A stretch of 64,000 bases of DNA. Origin: an uncultured virus (IMG/VR IMGVR_UViG_3300005253_000330). Its lineage: Duplodnaviria; Heunggongvirae; Uroviricota; Caudoviricetes. Location of the stretch: IMG/VR virus record IMGVR_UViG_3300005253_000330; one strand, 5' to 3'. The notes beneath the pieces were generated by a model, which made no database searches, was not told where the DNA came from, and saw only the letters and a program-made list of their open reading frames with translations. Positions 37,910 through 48,731 of the stretch are shown one piece after another. The position numbers were made by a program, and so were the translations under genes. Each line of letters begins with the position of its first letter. Within the stretch, counting starts at the first letter, position 1.

Positions 37910-38809
37910 ATGCACTTGCTCGAAATGATACAGCAAGCAAAAACCGATCACGGACACTCAGCACTGTTAGATACAAGTGCTCTCACTACAGAGGTGGACG
38001 ACAAACTGACTATTGCAAGTTGGGTAAGGTGGATAAATAATTCTCAACAATACCATCAGGGCATCGTGCTTGAAGCAGCCCAAGATTACTTCGGAACACA
38101 ACAGACCATTTCTTATGTCTCTGGAACTAATGAATACTCTCTACAGGGAAATGAACTCCGTATAAGATTGATAGAAAGAACCGATACCGACCCCGACAGA
38201 ATTATTAGGCCGATTATTATAAATGACAGACTATTAGCCACTCCTAAATATGCCGCTTGGAATGTCTTCCGTTCACGGGAGTATTCCTACCTCTGGGGCA
38301 ATATGATTGGGTTTGTGGCAGGCGAGGCAGGCACTGCTGATGTTCTTTACATTAGACGCCTGCCCGATTTGTCTTACGGGACTGCCTCTGCCGCAGACGC
38401 CACATCCATAACCCTCTCCACAACTCCTACCTTTGGAACTACCGCAATCACAGACGATTACTATAATGGTGCTACAGTCAGGATAGTCTCTGGAACTAAC
38501 TCAGGTCAACAGGCAGTAGTTACTGATTATGTCGCAAGCACTAAAGTCATTACGGTTGCTTCGTGGCTTTCTGGAACTCCGTCAGGAACTATCGTATATG
38601 ACATAGTCTGCGACATTCCTGTTCAGCACCACGAGGCAATTTGTATCTATGCCGCCATTAAAGCAAAGATGTCCGATAAGGATGATACGAGACAACTTCA
38701 AGCCCATCACAAAGGACTTATAGAACGAATGGTGGCGGGTTTATCAATAAGAAGTTCCCAAGAGCCTCGCTACATCAGATATTTAGAGGACCCTGGATAT
38801 GATTGGTAA
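37910..38809 (+). CDS. Head-tail adaptor (P22 gp4/T7 gp11-like) with inserted domain
   Basis: WINNSQ...SGTNEYSL...YIRRLPDL...IPVQHHEAICIYAA. Confidence 0.7.
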   Translation: MHLLEMIQQAKTDHGHSALLDTSALTTEVDDKLTIASWVRWINNSQQYHQGIVLEAAQDYFGTQQTISYVSGTNEYSLQGNELRIRLIERTDTDPDRIIRPIIINDRLLATPKYAAWNVFRSREYSYLWGNMIGFVAGEAGTADVLYIRRLPDLSYGTASAADATSITLSTTPTFGTTAITDDYYNGATVRIVSGTNSGQQAVVTDYVASTKVITVASWLSGTPSGTIVYDIVCDIPVQHHEAICIYAAIKAKMSDKDDTRQLQAHHKGLIERMVAGLSIRSSQEPRYIRYLEDPGYDW

Positions 38810-38819
38810 GGAAAAATAA

Positions 38820-39080
38820 ATGCCTAAACTATTATCAATCAAACGATTTAGAGGAATGATAACCACGGGAGATGTTAAAGATATACCTCCTGACCACTGT
38901 TATATACAACAAGATATGACCAATATCTTATTAGATAGTATCAGCACCCGCCCCGGAACTACCAAGTCCAATACGAGTGCTTATGCGGGGGGGTTGTTAG
39001 GGCTTTTTCAGTATAGAAAAAAGAGCGGACAATACAAGACGCTTTCTGCTAATTCTAATGGGGAACTTCGGGGAGACTGA
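38820..39080 (+). CDS. Tail nozzle N-terminal module, copy 1
   Basis: F.GM.T......P.......DM.......TRPG..K.N motif typical of nozzle/stabilisation protein N-termini. Confidence 0.6.
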   Translation: MPKLLSIKRFRGMITTGDVKDIPPDHCYIQQDMTNILLDSISTRPGTTKSNTSAYAGGLLGLFQYRKKSGQYKTLSANSNGELRGD

Positions 39081-39901
39081 TGCCTAAATTACTTTCAATA
39101 AAAAACTTTTTAGGAATGAATACAACGAAGCGGAAATTACCCCCCCAGCAGGCAAGAGAAATATCTGATATGGTTTCTGAGAGGGGATTAACGAGGACTC
39201 GACCAGGCTTCGGAAAATACAATGTCTTGGCTCAAAGTGGGGCTATTTTAGGTATATTTGATTACAGAAGAAAGAATGGACAGAAAGGTTATTTGTTCGC
39301 TGATGCTAATGGGGACTGGTGGGAGTGGGAGCAGTTTCATTTTGGCCCAGAGGAAGATGGTGGAGACAATTTCTGGTGGACAGTAATGTATGAAGCGAAT
39401 GAGATGCCCGATGTAGCATATCCTGTATGGATTCTATATGATCAACTAAATAAATGTTCAGTATCTAATGGAATATTGACAATACCGTTTACTGCTGAAG
39501 TTAGTAATGAAATAGTGGTTTATCAAGAAGATGTTATGGCCAACAATGCAACTGGGAATATTTTAGAAATAAGAGCAAAAGGGGTTGGGCTTGAATCCAG
39601 TGGCCCAAATGCACAATTCAGTATCCGAGATGGCACTAAGCAGAGTTCGATGGCAATTAGGTCTGATAAGATTCTCGGCGGTGCTTCTGAGTATGTTATG
39701 GATACTATGGATGATTATCATATTTATCGACTTACGGCTAAAGGGACTAATTCTAAAGTCTATGTCGACGGTGTTTTAAGAATAACATTTACTCCCTCTT
39801 CAAACGCACTTAACAAAGTTTATTTTGGCCTTTATAGTCCAAGTGGTTTATCTTGTTCTCTTCTTATAGATTATGTCCGCTACTACACAGGAGGCTTTTA
39901 G
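39080..39901 (+). CDS. Tail nozzle N-terminal module, copy 2, fused to a lectin/LamG-like domain
   Basis: Paralogous first ~85 aa; C-terminal DDYHIYRL...KVYVDG...IDYVRY. Confidence 0.6.
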   Translation: MPKLLSIKNFLGMNTTKRKLPPQQAREISDMVSERGLTRTRPGFGKYNVLAQSGAILGIFDYRRKNGQKGYLFADANGDWWEWEQFHFGPEEDGGDNFWWTVMYEANEMPDVAYPVWILYDQLNKCSVSNGILTIPFTAEVSNEIVVYQEDVMANNATGNILEIRAKGVGLESSGPNAQFSIRDGTKQSSMAIRSDKILGGASEYVMDTMDDYHIYRLTAKGTNSKVYVDGVLRITFTPSSNALNKVYFGLYSPSGLSCSLLIDYVRYYTGGF

Positions 39902-41947
39902 ATGGCTATCATAAAGTCGGGGATGCAAACTGCTTATAATTGGAATGGAAATGAGTTAAACGATTTATTTTATATGAGCAACGGCATCGATAGGATGTTA
40001 GTTTACGACCTCGTCACCGTAACAAATATGGGAATAAGACCCCCTCCCTCCGCAGCCACAGACGAGGGAACTAATTTAGCAGGTTCTCTGACAGTAGGCG
40101 GAGTGTATAAGTGCAGATTTGAGTATTACAACATCAATAAGAAACGCTCTTCAGGTTTCAGTCCCGCATCAGCAAATATCACCTGCCAATCAAACGGGGG
40201 GATAAGGGTTGATATCCCTACCCATACAGGCATAGATGCACAGGTTACGCATATAAGGGCTTATTTAACTGCTGATGGGGCGAACATTTATCGCTATGAC
40301 GGGATAAAGGCTTATACTGGCACGGCCATTGAATACGACTTCACCATAGCAGAATCTGCCCGAATTACCGTAATGGGTGAACTCAACTCTGCGGGAACTG
40401 CCAATATAGATGTTCATGGAGTTCCTTTTACTTGTCCTTACTTGATGCCTCACGATAATAGAATGTGGCTTTTCGGAACGAGGATTTACTCAACAGGAAC
40501 AGTAACTATGGCCGCTGACCCCACAGTTGAGGGTTCAAGCACAGTTTGGACAGATGGAATGCAGGGAATGTATTTTCAGATAGATGGAGAGGCAAGAATT
40601 TACACCATAGAAAGTGTAACGGATTCCGATACTCTTGAATTGACCGAAACATTTGCAGGGACTACGGGAGCAGGGAAGTCTTACTATATTTACGGAGAAG
40701 ATTCTATACTTTATTATTCTTACATTACTACAACAGGCGTGGTTTGTCCCGAAAGTCTCCCGCAGGATGTGGTTCAGCACTGGATACCCGTTTCTAAAGA
40801 TGACGGGTTCAGGGGAACAGGCCTGAAAAAAGTGGGCAGGAACGCCTATGTGTCAAAAGAGAACGCACTCTATCTTTTGAGCGGAGACAGACCTGCGAAC
40901 TATCGTGTCACCCGCATACCTTTATCTGACGGGGCATACCACAGAACTATGTCTGAAGACGAAAGCGGAAACCTTATCTATGGTTCAAGGTCTGGAGTTT
41001 ATGTATCAAATGGGAATGAAACCTTTAGCCTTACAAAAGAGTCTATCCAAAACATCTTCACGGGAGAGGGAAACCCACCTTGGTATATCAACAAAGCAAG
41101 ATTAGAGTATATGCACGGGGTTTACGACATATTAAATAAAAGATACCTTTTGTGGGTGGCTTCTTCAAGTTCCAGCAAGGAAGATAAGTGCTTGGTTTAC
41201 GATTTCAATAAGATAGACGGACAGCCCATAGGTTGGTATTGGTGGAACATAGAAGCGACCTGCTCGGCGATCGTCAGAGACGCAGACAGCAAACCCTGGG
41301 TCTATTGGGGAGACGAAAATGGGTTTGTCTATTACTTGAACCCTGATGCCACCAACGATGCGGCGGGAATGAGTGGAGCGGAGACAAGAAGGGGAACGGC
41401 GACTGCTGGGGCAAGCACTACCTTGACCGATAGTGGAGCGACTTTTAACACCACAGGAGATGGACTAAAGGCCTGCAAGATAAAGATACTTTCGGGAACG
41501 GGAATAGGACAGGAAAGGATTATATCTTCCAATACTGGAACTATTATTACTGTTACTGCCAGTTGGGATACTAACCCTGATAATACCTCGGTTTATGCCA
41601 TCGGTTACATAGACGCTTACAGAAAGACTGGATGGATTGACTTCGGGGTATTGCTTGATAAATTTATAAGACGAATTAAAATGGTTTTTAAACCTCAATC
41701 AAGCACCTACTCCGCTTATTTGAAGCATTATGCAGACTTCATTAGCACTCAGATTGGCAACACCCAGTATTTCAATATGGCAGAGATCAAAGGATACCAT
41801 TCTGCTAATTTTGCCGCCAATCGTGCTAAACATCACCAGATAGAATTTGGGATTTGCGACACCGACCGAGTTATAGAAGTGCGAGAATTGGAATTGGAAG
41901 GCGGAGTATTCGGAACTCCCGAGGAGACAAAAGAGGCGGAGAGTTAA
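39902..41947 (+). CDS. Tail nozzle/stabilisation protein body (P22 gp10-like)
   Basis: Beta-propeller strands (LFYMSNG, HDNRMW, ILYYS), C-terminal KTGWIDFG...KFIRRI. Confidence 0.7.
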   Translation: MAIIKSGMQTAYNWNGNELNDLFYMSNGIDRMLVYDLVTVTNMGIRPPPSAATDEGTNLAGSLTVGGVYKCRFEYYNINKKRSSGFSPASANITCQSNGGIRVDIPTHTGIDAQVTHIRAYLTADGANIYRYDGIKAYTGTAIEYDFTIAESARITVMGELNSAGTANIDVHGVPFTCPYLMPHDNRMWLFGTRIYSTGTVTMAADPTVEGSSTVWTDGMQGMYFQIDGEARIYTIESVTDSDTLELTETFAGTTGAGKSYYIYGEDSILYYSYITTTGVVCPESLPQDVVQHWIPVSKDDGFRGTGLKKVGRNAYVSKENALYLLSGDRPANYRVTRIPLSDGAYHRTMSEDESGNLIYGSRSGVYVSNGNETFSLTKESIQNIFTGEGNPPWYINKARLEYMHGVYDILNKRYLLWVASSSSSKEDKCLVYDFNKIDGQPIGWYWWNIEATCSAIVRDADSKPWVYWGDENGFVYYLNPDATNDAAGMSGAETRRGTATAGASTTLTDSGATFNTTGDGLKACKIKILSGTGIGQERIISSNTGTIITVTASWDTNPDNTSVYAIGYIDAYRKTGWIDFGVLLDKFIRRIKMVFKPQSSTYSAYLKHYADFISTQIGNTQYFNMAEIKGYHSANFAANRAKHHQIEFGICDTDRVIEVRELELEGGVFGTPEETKEAES

Positions 41948-41948
41948 A

Positions 41949-42533
41949 ATGCCATTTCCAAAAGGGGGAATTCCTTGGAACAAAGGTATTCCTCGGACAA
42001 AAAAAACAAAGGAAAAAATGTCTGAAACGAGAAAGCAAAGAATAGCAAGTGGTATGATAGTAATTTGGAATATAGGTATTCCTTGTTCTAAAAAGATTAA
42101 AGAAAACTTAAGAATTGCAAATTTAGGCAAACAACATTCTGAGAAATCCAAACAACTTAGAAGAGAATGGAATCTAAAACATAATTGGAAACCACCTGTA
42201 AACTGGGGGGCTGATAATTATAATTGGAAAGATGGAAGAAAAAAACATAAGGCTGGCTATATTTTAATTCTTCAACCTGATCACCCGAAGGCGAGTTATA
42301 ACTATGTTATGGAACATCGGTTAGTTATGGAGAAAAAGATAGGCAGATATTTAGAAAGGTGGGAGATAGTTCACCACATCAATGGAATAAAAGACGATAA
42401 CAGACCAGAAAATTTGGATTTATGTCCAAACCAAACAGAACATTTAGCAGTTACTAAATTAGTAGAAGAAAATAAACAATTAAAGAAAAAGATTAAAGAA
42501 TTAGAAAAGAGGTTACAAGATGTTAGGAAATAG
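41949..42533 (+). CDS. NUMOD3 + HNH homing endonuclease
   Basis: [45 protein letters not shown]. Confidence 0.9.
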   Translation: MPFPKGGIPWNKGIPRTKKTKEKMSETRKQRIASGMIVIWNIGIPCSKKIKENLRIANLGKQHSEKSKQLRREWNLKHNWKPPVNWGADNYNWKDGRKKHKAGYILILQPDHPKASYNYVMEHRLVMEKKIGRYLERWEIVHHINGIKDDNRPENLDLCPNQTEHLAVTKLVEENKQLKKKIKELEKRLQDVRK

Positions 42534-44748
42534 GTGGTCATTTCCAAAAATTACGGGGTTAGATGACTTTGTTAGGGCAGTAATATCTGAGATAAACGAT
42601 ACTCAAACAGGAGGCACTATAGGCTTAACTACTCTTGTAGAAAAACTTTACTTTAAAGATTTATCTACCCCTCCTATTGGAAATATCCTCTTAAAGGTTT
42701 TAGACCAAGTCCTCTATTTCAAAGACTCTGGAGATACCTCCGCCATTCAGATTATCACTTCTTTGATAGACGAGGTGGTGGGGACTTTTGACGGAAGGGA
42801 TTTAAGCGTTGACGGAACAAAACTTGACGGGATTGAAAGTGGGGCAACCGCCGACCAGACAGAAGCGGAAATACTTACTCTTTTGGGGTTAACATCGGTA
42901 GAAGTAGACCAGTTAGGGAATATAGGAGCAACAACTATAAGTGCCACTCAATGGGGTTACTTAGGGGCTTGTGGTGTGGGTGGTGGACAGATAATGGCCA
43001 ACCTCACTACAGGGGAATCTACTCAACTGGAGGCTATTGGAACTACTACCATAACCGCTGGACAATGGGGGATATTAGGAGGTCTCGCTGGAACATTAAC
43101 GGCAACTGAACTGAATTATGTTGACGGAGTAACGAGTGCTATTCAGACCCAATTAAATGCTAAGCTGGACGATGCTGCTGATGAAATAAAGAATACTCAC
43201 ATTGATTGGGGAAGTGGAGCAGGTCAAGTAGATGCTGATGATGTTCCAGAAAGTGCTACCAGATTTTGGGGTGCTGAAACTGGAGCAACCGCTGACCAAA
43301 CAGGGGTAGAGATAGTAACTCTGTTAGAAGCATTAGCAGGTGCAGCCAAACTCTCCCACGATAGCGGATTAAGTGATATTTCTTCTGATGACCATCACGC
43401 CCAAACTCACACTATAGTCTCACACGATACCACAGCCACAGTGGCGAACTTAAACACATTAACTGATGATTCTATGGCTGATACTTTGCACAGACACAGC
43501 GAGTTAAGTGCAAGTGATGGAACTCCTGATGCTGTTGTTAGCGTAGATTCTGATGGTATTCTCTATGCTGATGCTGCTCCTGTAGGTATTGATATACTAT
43601 ACAGTGGTGTTATTGGGGCTCATCTTACTGTTGGTAATAATTTAGTGGTTGATGGAAATGTTGGTGTAGGGATATCACCAACTTATAGACTCCAAGTAGA
43701 GAACGCCAATGTTGGAGGCAGTGAGACAATATGGGTTAAGAACACAGACAACTCCAACATAGCATCTCATGCTCGCATGTATGTACAGGCTGGGGGTACA
43801 TCTGGTGGAGATGCATTTGTAGTAACCTCCATCTCAGGTGGTGTCACTTGGAGCATGGGGGTAGATAACAGTGATAGCGATAACTGGAAGCTGTCAGCGA
43901 CGACAGGTCTAGGCACTCCTCGTGTGACTGTAACTTCAGGTGGTCTATTCGGCATTGGTGTCACACCACTCTACCCACTGCATGTAGACATAGACTCCCC
44001 AGCATCACAGCTGCTTGCCCTGTATGAAGGAACAAGTGCAGCTACTTATATCAGAATCGGCATTAGTGCTGACACAGGGGAAGATGCGCAGGTCTCATTT
44101 ATGGAGGCAGGGAGCACGAAATGGAGTATCGGCAACCGCGCATCAGACGATAGCTTTCACATTGCAACTGGCGTTGGTGGCTTTGGTGAAGATGAACTCA
44201 CCATATACTCAACAGGAAACGTAGACATCGCCATTGGTAAGGCTGGCAGTACAGTTGGTAAGCGGTTTAGGGTAAGTAACGGACAAGACAACGCAGCCAT
44301 CGGCGGTAATGGCGGGACTGTAGAGATATCGCAGGGTGGTGATGGAGGTATAGGTGGTGGGAATGAAGGTGGTGATGGTGGGTCTGTGAACATCGCTGTA
44401 GGAGGCGATGGTCGAGTAGGTGGAGATGGCGGTACAGTAACCATGGCAGCAGCAGACCCTGGTGGTGTGACGAGTGGAGTGGATGGTACTGTCACTATAG
44501 GCAGTGTTGGTGCAGCTGATGCTGTCCTGAATGTATACGGTACCATCAACGACCTCACACCATACTGGACAGGCCCTGCCCTACCTGCTGTGCAGGCTAT
44601 AAAGGCAGATGGGAAGGGAGACTTAGACCATGATAGCCTCCCCTTAGCCTGCCAGTCTCTACTGAGCAATGGCGTAAAAGGCCGTAACATAGGTATGACT
44701 CTTTCCCTTATAACAAAGGCAGTACAGGAATTAGCAGCAGCGGCGTAG
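42520..44748 (+). CDS. Tail fibre protein, probably chimeric between segments B and C
   Basis: GATADQT and IG.TTI.A.QWG repeats, GNVGVG fibre motifs, Gly-rich tip, chaperone-like C-terminal helix. Confidence 0.7.
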   Translation: MLGNRWSFPKITGLDDFVRAVISEINDTQTGGTIGLTTLVEKLYFKDLSTPPIGNILLKVLDQVLYFKDSGDTSAIQIITSLIDEVVGTFDGRDLSVDGTKLDGIESGATADQTEAEILTLLGLTSVEVDQLGNIGATTISATQWGYLGACGVGGGQIMANLTTGESTQLEAIGTTTITAGQWGILGGLAGTLTATELNYVDGVTSAIQTQLNAKLDDAADEIKNTHIDWGSGAGQVDADDVPESATRFWGAETGATADQTGVEIVTLLEALAGAAKLSHDSGLSDISSDDHHAQTHTIVSHDTTATVANLNTLTDDSMADTLHRHSELSASDGTPDAVVSVDSDGILYADAAPVGIDILYSGVIGAHLTVGNNLVVDGNVGVGISPTYRLQVENANVGGSETIWVKNTDNSNIASHARMYVQAGGTSGGDAFVVTSISGGVTWSMGVDNSDSDNWKLSATTGLGTPRVTVTSGGLFGIGVTPLYPLHVDIDSPASQLLALYEGTSAATYIRIGISADTGEDAQVSFMEAGSTKWSIGNRASDDSFHIATGVGGFGEDELTIYSTGNVDIAIGKAGSTVGKRFRVSNGQDNAAIGGNGGTVEISQGGDGGIGGGNEGGDGGSVNIAVGGDGRVGGDGGTVTMAAADPGGVTSGVDGTVTIGSVGAADAVLNVYGTINDLTPYWTGPALPAVQAIKADGKGDLDHDSLPLACQSLLSNGVKGRNIGMTLSLITKAVQELAAAA

Positions 44749-44758
44749 GAGCAAGTAT

Positions 44759-46723
44759 ATGGTACAGACTGGGTACTCAGGGATTATGAGGAAGAATTGG
44801 GGGGATATAGGACTCGATTATAAGTACAACTACCCAAATAACCTTGACCTTCGCCCAAAGTCGCAGCTGCATAGGGAGATAGTAGACAGATTGGGTGAGA
44901 TGACTAAGGAATCGCACTCTGTCATGTCCCGTCGGTACTCGGACTGGCAAGCTATTGACCACACTCTAACAGCGTATATACCAACTGATGAGGAAGAGGA
45001 TGAGCTGCTTGCTGTAGACTCCAGGACTCCAGTATCAGTTGTTGTGCCTGTCTCTCTATCTATCCTCGAGACGTTGATGTCCAGTTTCACAGCTGGATTC
45101 CTTGACAGACCATACTTTAAGTATGGCGGTGTTGGTCCTGAGGATAGGCTGAAGGCTATCATGCTTGAGCACATTGTAGACATCCATACTGTTAGGTTTA
45201 AGGTTGGACTTAACATGATGACACAGTGGCGTGACCAGTTCGCTTATGGGTTGGGTGTAGTGACACCTACATGGGATGTTATCAGGGGAAGGCGGACTAC
45301 TGTTGAGGACACGAGCTTTTTCGACGCACTGTCTGGAATATTCACTGGTAATGGAAGTCGTAGGAGGCGTTCGAGGGTGCGTACCCTGTTTGAAGGGAAT
45401 AGGTTAGACAATATAGATATATATAGGTATCTGCCTGACCCAAACTTCCCACCACATGAGGTACAGAGGGGTAGGTATGTTGGCTGGTCGTCGAGAGAGA
45501 CATACATGAGTCTACTCGAGGATGAGGAGTACTCGACTGAGGATTTGTTCAACGTTAAGTACATAAAGCATATAGACGGCCATAGTGCTATGTTTATGTC
45601 AGACCAGTCTGGTAGACAGACGAAGACTGGCACGAATGTGATGCTTGGGTCTACAGAGAACCAGCCGGTTGATGTTACTTATATGTATGTCAAGTTGATA
45701 CCAGCTGAGTGGAAACTTGGTAGGTCAGAGAGGATAGAGAAGTGGAGGTTTGTAGTCGCCGGCGATGAGGTGATAATTGGTGCTAAGCCACTTGGCCTTG
45801 ACCATGACATGTTTCCAGTCGCTGTGACTGCACCATACTTCGACGGGCATTCTGCAACTCCGGTTAGCCCACTGGAGATACTCTATGGATTGCAGAAGTA
45901 CGCTGACTGGTGTGTTAATTCGCATAAAGCTAATCAGCGTAAGGCACTGAATGACATGTTCGTAGTTGACCCTCAACTGGTCAACATACATGATGTGAGA
46001 GACCCTGGGCCTGGCAAGATTATCAGGATGAGGGAGAGTATGTGGGGTAGGGGTGTGCAAGGGATTGAGCAGCTGAAGGTGACAGATGTAACTGCTGGTA
46101 ATATGGTTGACCTTGGTATCATAACCCAGATTATGAATAAGGCAGTTGGAACACCTGACCAGATTCAGGGGGTTATGAGGACAGGCCCTGAGCGGATGGC
46201 TGGAAGTGAGGCCAAGAATGTTGCGCTGGCTGCACTATCAAGGGTTAAGCGGATGGCTACAGTGACAAGCATTATGTCTAACCATGATGTAGCTATGATG
46301 TTTGCCTACCATACTCAGCAGTTGATGAAGCAGAATGTATACTCTGAATTGGCTGGTGAGTGGGAGGACTTGTTTAGGAGACAGTATCCATCATTTGACA
46401 CAGAGAAGCCGTTTGAGATTAAACCAAAGGATATAGTGGTTGACTTCGATGTGATACCAGTTGACCCAAATATAGGCGGCGACGAGCATATGGACACCCT
46501 TGTACAGATGCTGCAGATCATTGTACAGAGTGAGGAGTTGAGTAAGGAGATTGATGTACCAACTCTTGTCAAGCATATATTTAGGGTTGGTGGATTTAAG
46601 GACGTTGAGGCCTTCGTGAGGAGGAGAGGTGGTCAAGCTAATGTTAGCGTGATGCCTGATGAGGAGGTTGGAGAAGAGGTGACCAAAGGGAATCTGAGAC
46701 CCATTGGAGCAGGAGTTAACTAA
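44759..46723 (+). CDS. Portal protein, segment C
   Basis: 654 aa; PVSVVVPVS, NDMFVVDPQLVN..D...PGKIIR; precedes scaffold and capsid. Confidence 0.8.
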   Translation: MVQTGYSGIMRKNWGDIGLDYKYNYPNNLDLRPKSQLHREIVDRLGEMTKESHSVMSRRYSDWQAIDHTLTAYIPTDEEEDELLAVDSRTPVSVVVPVSLSILETLMSSFTAGFLDRPYFKYGGVGPEDRLKAIMLEHIVDIHTVRFKVGLNMMTQWRDQFAYGLGVVTPTWDVIRGRRTTVEDTSFFDALSGIFTGNGSRRRRSRVRTLFEGNRLDNIDIYRYLPDPNFPPHEVQRGRYVGWSSRETYMSLLEDEEYSTEDLFNVKYIKHIDGHSAMFMSDQSGRQTKTGTNVMLGSTENQPVDVTYMYVKLIPAEWKLGRSERIEKWRFVVAGDEVIIGAKPLGLDHDMFPVAVTAPYFDGHSATPVSPLEILYGLQKYADWCVNSHKANQRKALNDMFVVDPQLVNIHDVRDPGPGKIIRMRESMWGRGVQGIEQLKVTDVTAGNMVDLGIITQIMNKAVGTPDQIQGVMRTGPERMAGSEAKNVALAALSRVKRMATVTSIMSNHDVAMMFAYHTQQLMKQNVYSELAGEWEDLFRRQYPSFDTEKPFEIKPKDIVVDFDVIPVDPNIGGDEHMDTLVQMLQIIVQSEELSKEIDVPTLVKHIFRVGGFKDVEAFVRRRGGQANVSVMPDEEVGEEVTKGNLRPIGAGVN

Positions 46724-47007
46724 TGGCCAGCACTGCTTTGGGCAAGTATTGGGAGTGGAAACACTTCTCTGAATCTGAATTGTGGATGGAGATGGTCGAT
46801 AAGCTATACGACACAATTAAGCACCTTACTATTGTCACTGAGAACCCTGAGTCTACTGTTGACCAGTTGAGGGTTGCTCAAGGTGAGATAAGGATGGCTA
46901 GGCAGGTCATTGGTGGGCCTGGTGACAAGATGAATAGCATGAAAGCAGACATGAGTGATGAGGAACTGAGGAACCTGAACGACGAGGAGCAAGATGATGC
47001 CCAATGA
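46723..47007 (+). CDS. Small conserved protein after the portal
   Basis: LRVAQGEI motif; helical. Confidence 0.55.
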   Translation: MASTALGKYWEWKHFSESELWMEMVDKLYDTIKHLTIVTENPESTVDQLRVAQGEIRMARQVIGGPGDKMNSMKADMSDEELRNLNDEEQDDAQ

Positions 47008-47962
47008 AGGTAATATTGAGGTTAGTGGCGATGTTGCCAGGATGCTTAGCTCTGTAGAAGGGCTACTAGGCGGCGGAGACACTGATAATGTAGATGATAA
47101 GGACACTGGCACTGAAGATGATGAGGGTGCCGACGACACTACTACTCCTAACGATAAGTCAGCTGAAGAAGCTGATAGTGAGGAGGAGAGTGTCAAGGAC
47201 GATGCATCTACAGATGACGATGATAAAGGTGACGATGACAAGGATGATGACAGTGATGAGGAAGGTGAAGAAGATCTCAGTGACCTAGAGGAAGAGAACA
47301 AAATCCTGCGAGAGTCATTGGAGAAAGTTGCGCAGATGGTTGGGACTCAGCAGGATGTGTCTGCACCACCGGCTGATGATGGTGGAGAGGTTAAGCCTAA
47401 GGAGTCGGCTAAACCTGATGTTAGCGTACCGGAATTGAAGGGCGACGTCATAGAGTTTGTTAGGACAGAGGATGAGTTCAACAATGCTCTCTCATCGAGG
47501 GACGGACTCAACAAGCTTCTAACAGGCGTGTTCCAAAGTGGAAGACAGTCAATGCTCTTAGAAGTTCCGGAGATAGCTAGCAGTCAGGTGCAAGAGTCGA
47601 TTGAACAGGCTATGACCTATTTCTCGTTCTATACAGAGCACAGAGACCTGAAGCCGTTTGGTGGGCTGGTTGTCCAGATGGTCCAACAGGTGCAGACTAA
47701 GAACCCTGGTTGGAAAAAGGACCAGATTCTCGAAGAGGCGGCTACTAAGACAAGGGAGCTGCTGAGAATGGCCAGGGGTGAGAAGGAGCTCTCAAAGGGT
47801 GATAAGCGTAGGCATAAGAGGAGAGAACCTGCGCTTTCATCTGGCCGTAGTTCCCGGAAACGGGTTAAGTCTGGCAAGAAGGAGCTCTCAAAGGTCGCTG
47901 AGGATGTGTTGAAGATGACTGGGATGAGTGAAGAGGAGTTCAACGAGAAGCTGCGTTCATAA
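46994..47962 (+). CDS. Scaffolding protein, segment C
   Basis: Very acidic disordered N-half and basic C-terminus. Confidence 0.7.
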   Translation: MMPNEGNIEVSGDVARMLSSVEGLLGGGDTDNVDDKDTGTEDDEGADDTTTPNDKSAEEADSEEESVKDDASTDDDDKGDDDKDDDSDEEGEEDLSDLEEENKILRESLEKVAQMVGTQQDVSAPPADDGGEVKPKESAKPDVSVPELKGDVIEFVRTEDEFNNALSSRDGLNKLLTGVFQSGRQSMLLEVPEIASSQVQESIEQAMTYFSFYTEHRDLKPFGGLVVQMVQQVQTKNPGWKKDQILEEAATKTRELLRMARGEKELSKGDKRRHKRREPALSSGRSSRKRVKSGKKELSKVAEDVLKMTGMSEEEFNEKLRS

Positions 47963-47970
47963 TATGAACG
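47953..47970. promoter_or_regulatory. GTTCA-N5-TGAAC palindrome, copy 1
   Basis: GCGTTCATAATATGAACG at the scaffold stop. Confidence 0.55.
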
Positions 47971-47997
47971 ACGCTGTTAAATCAACCTTTAGGAGAT

Positions 47998-48354
47998 GTG
48001 AAAAGAATGGGTGCTCGAACTAGGTTCTTTGAGGACTATCAGTCGAGTAGGGAGAGCAAGGACTTTGTCCTGAACTCGGATGCTAGCATCACCCTATCTG
48101 CCTTTCAGCAGACATGCATCGCTAACACCACTGGCGCGACACATGACACTATCACTCTACCATCCATGGCTGACGCCAAGGGGAAAATCTACTCTGTGTA
48201 TTTCAAGACACAGGTTAGTACTGGTGATGTGATTGTGGTTGGAGCTGGTGATGAGGCGACTGCATACACTAAGACCATCACAGTCGCAGATGGTTGGGTA
48301 GTTTGCTACTGCGACGGGTACAACTGGTACTCTCTGGACGAGAAACTATCGTAG
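47998..48354 (+). CDS. Small beta-rich capsid-associated protein
   Basis: TITLPSMADAKGKIY...YCDGYNWY. Confidence 0.5.
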   Translation: MKRMGARTRFFEDYQSSRESKDFVLNSDASITLSAFQQTCIANTTGATHDTITLPSMADAKGKIYSVYFKTQVSTGDVIVVGAGDEATAYTKTITVADGWVVCYCDGYNWYSLDEKLS

Positions 48355-48362
48355 GAGGATGA

Positions 48363-48725
48363 GTGATGGATGCGTGGAAAATCTGTCTAGTCAACTGCAA
48401 AGTTGATATAGAGCCTGCAATCGAGGGAAGGGAACCTGAGAGTAGCTTCGTGAATGTTCGAGCGCTGTGCTCACAGTTTCTCACGCACCCTGTGCTTAAC
48501 CTCAATGGACTTGAGCTTATCGAGAGTTGCAACCTTGCAATAAAGATTAAGAACGAGTCCAGTGACTATGTTCTGCTATCTGGTGCAGAATATAAGAAAC
48601 TGAAGCATTGCGTCCTTGTCGCTGTGAAGCCACTGACTCACATTCACCTCCCCTTTGTGCAGAGGATAAGGGATGCTGAGAAGGTGGGGGTAACAGAGGA
48701 TGAGGACATTGACAAGGAGGACTAG
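48363..48725 (+). CDS. Hypothetical protein
   Basis: SD AGGAGG. Confidence 0.5.
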   Translation: MMDAWKICLVNCKVDIEPAIEGREPESSFVNVRALCSQFLTHPVLNLNGLELIESCNLAIKIKNESSDYVLLSGAEYKKLKHCVLVAVKPLTHIHLPFVQRIRDAEKVGVTEDEDIDKED

Positions 48726-48731
48726 GGAAGG

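Noticed and set aside
39899..39904. Genome-wide TAG recoding suggested by an in-frame TAG-ATG
   Set aside because: Long genes are intact in code 11, TAG ends several genes normally, and a similar TAA-ATG junction precedes terL.
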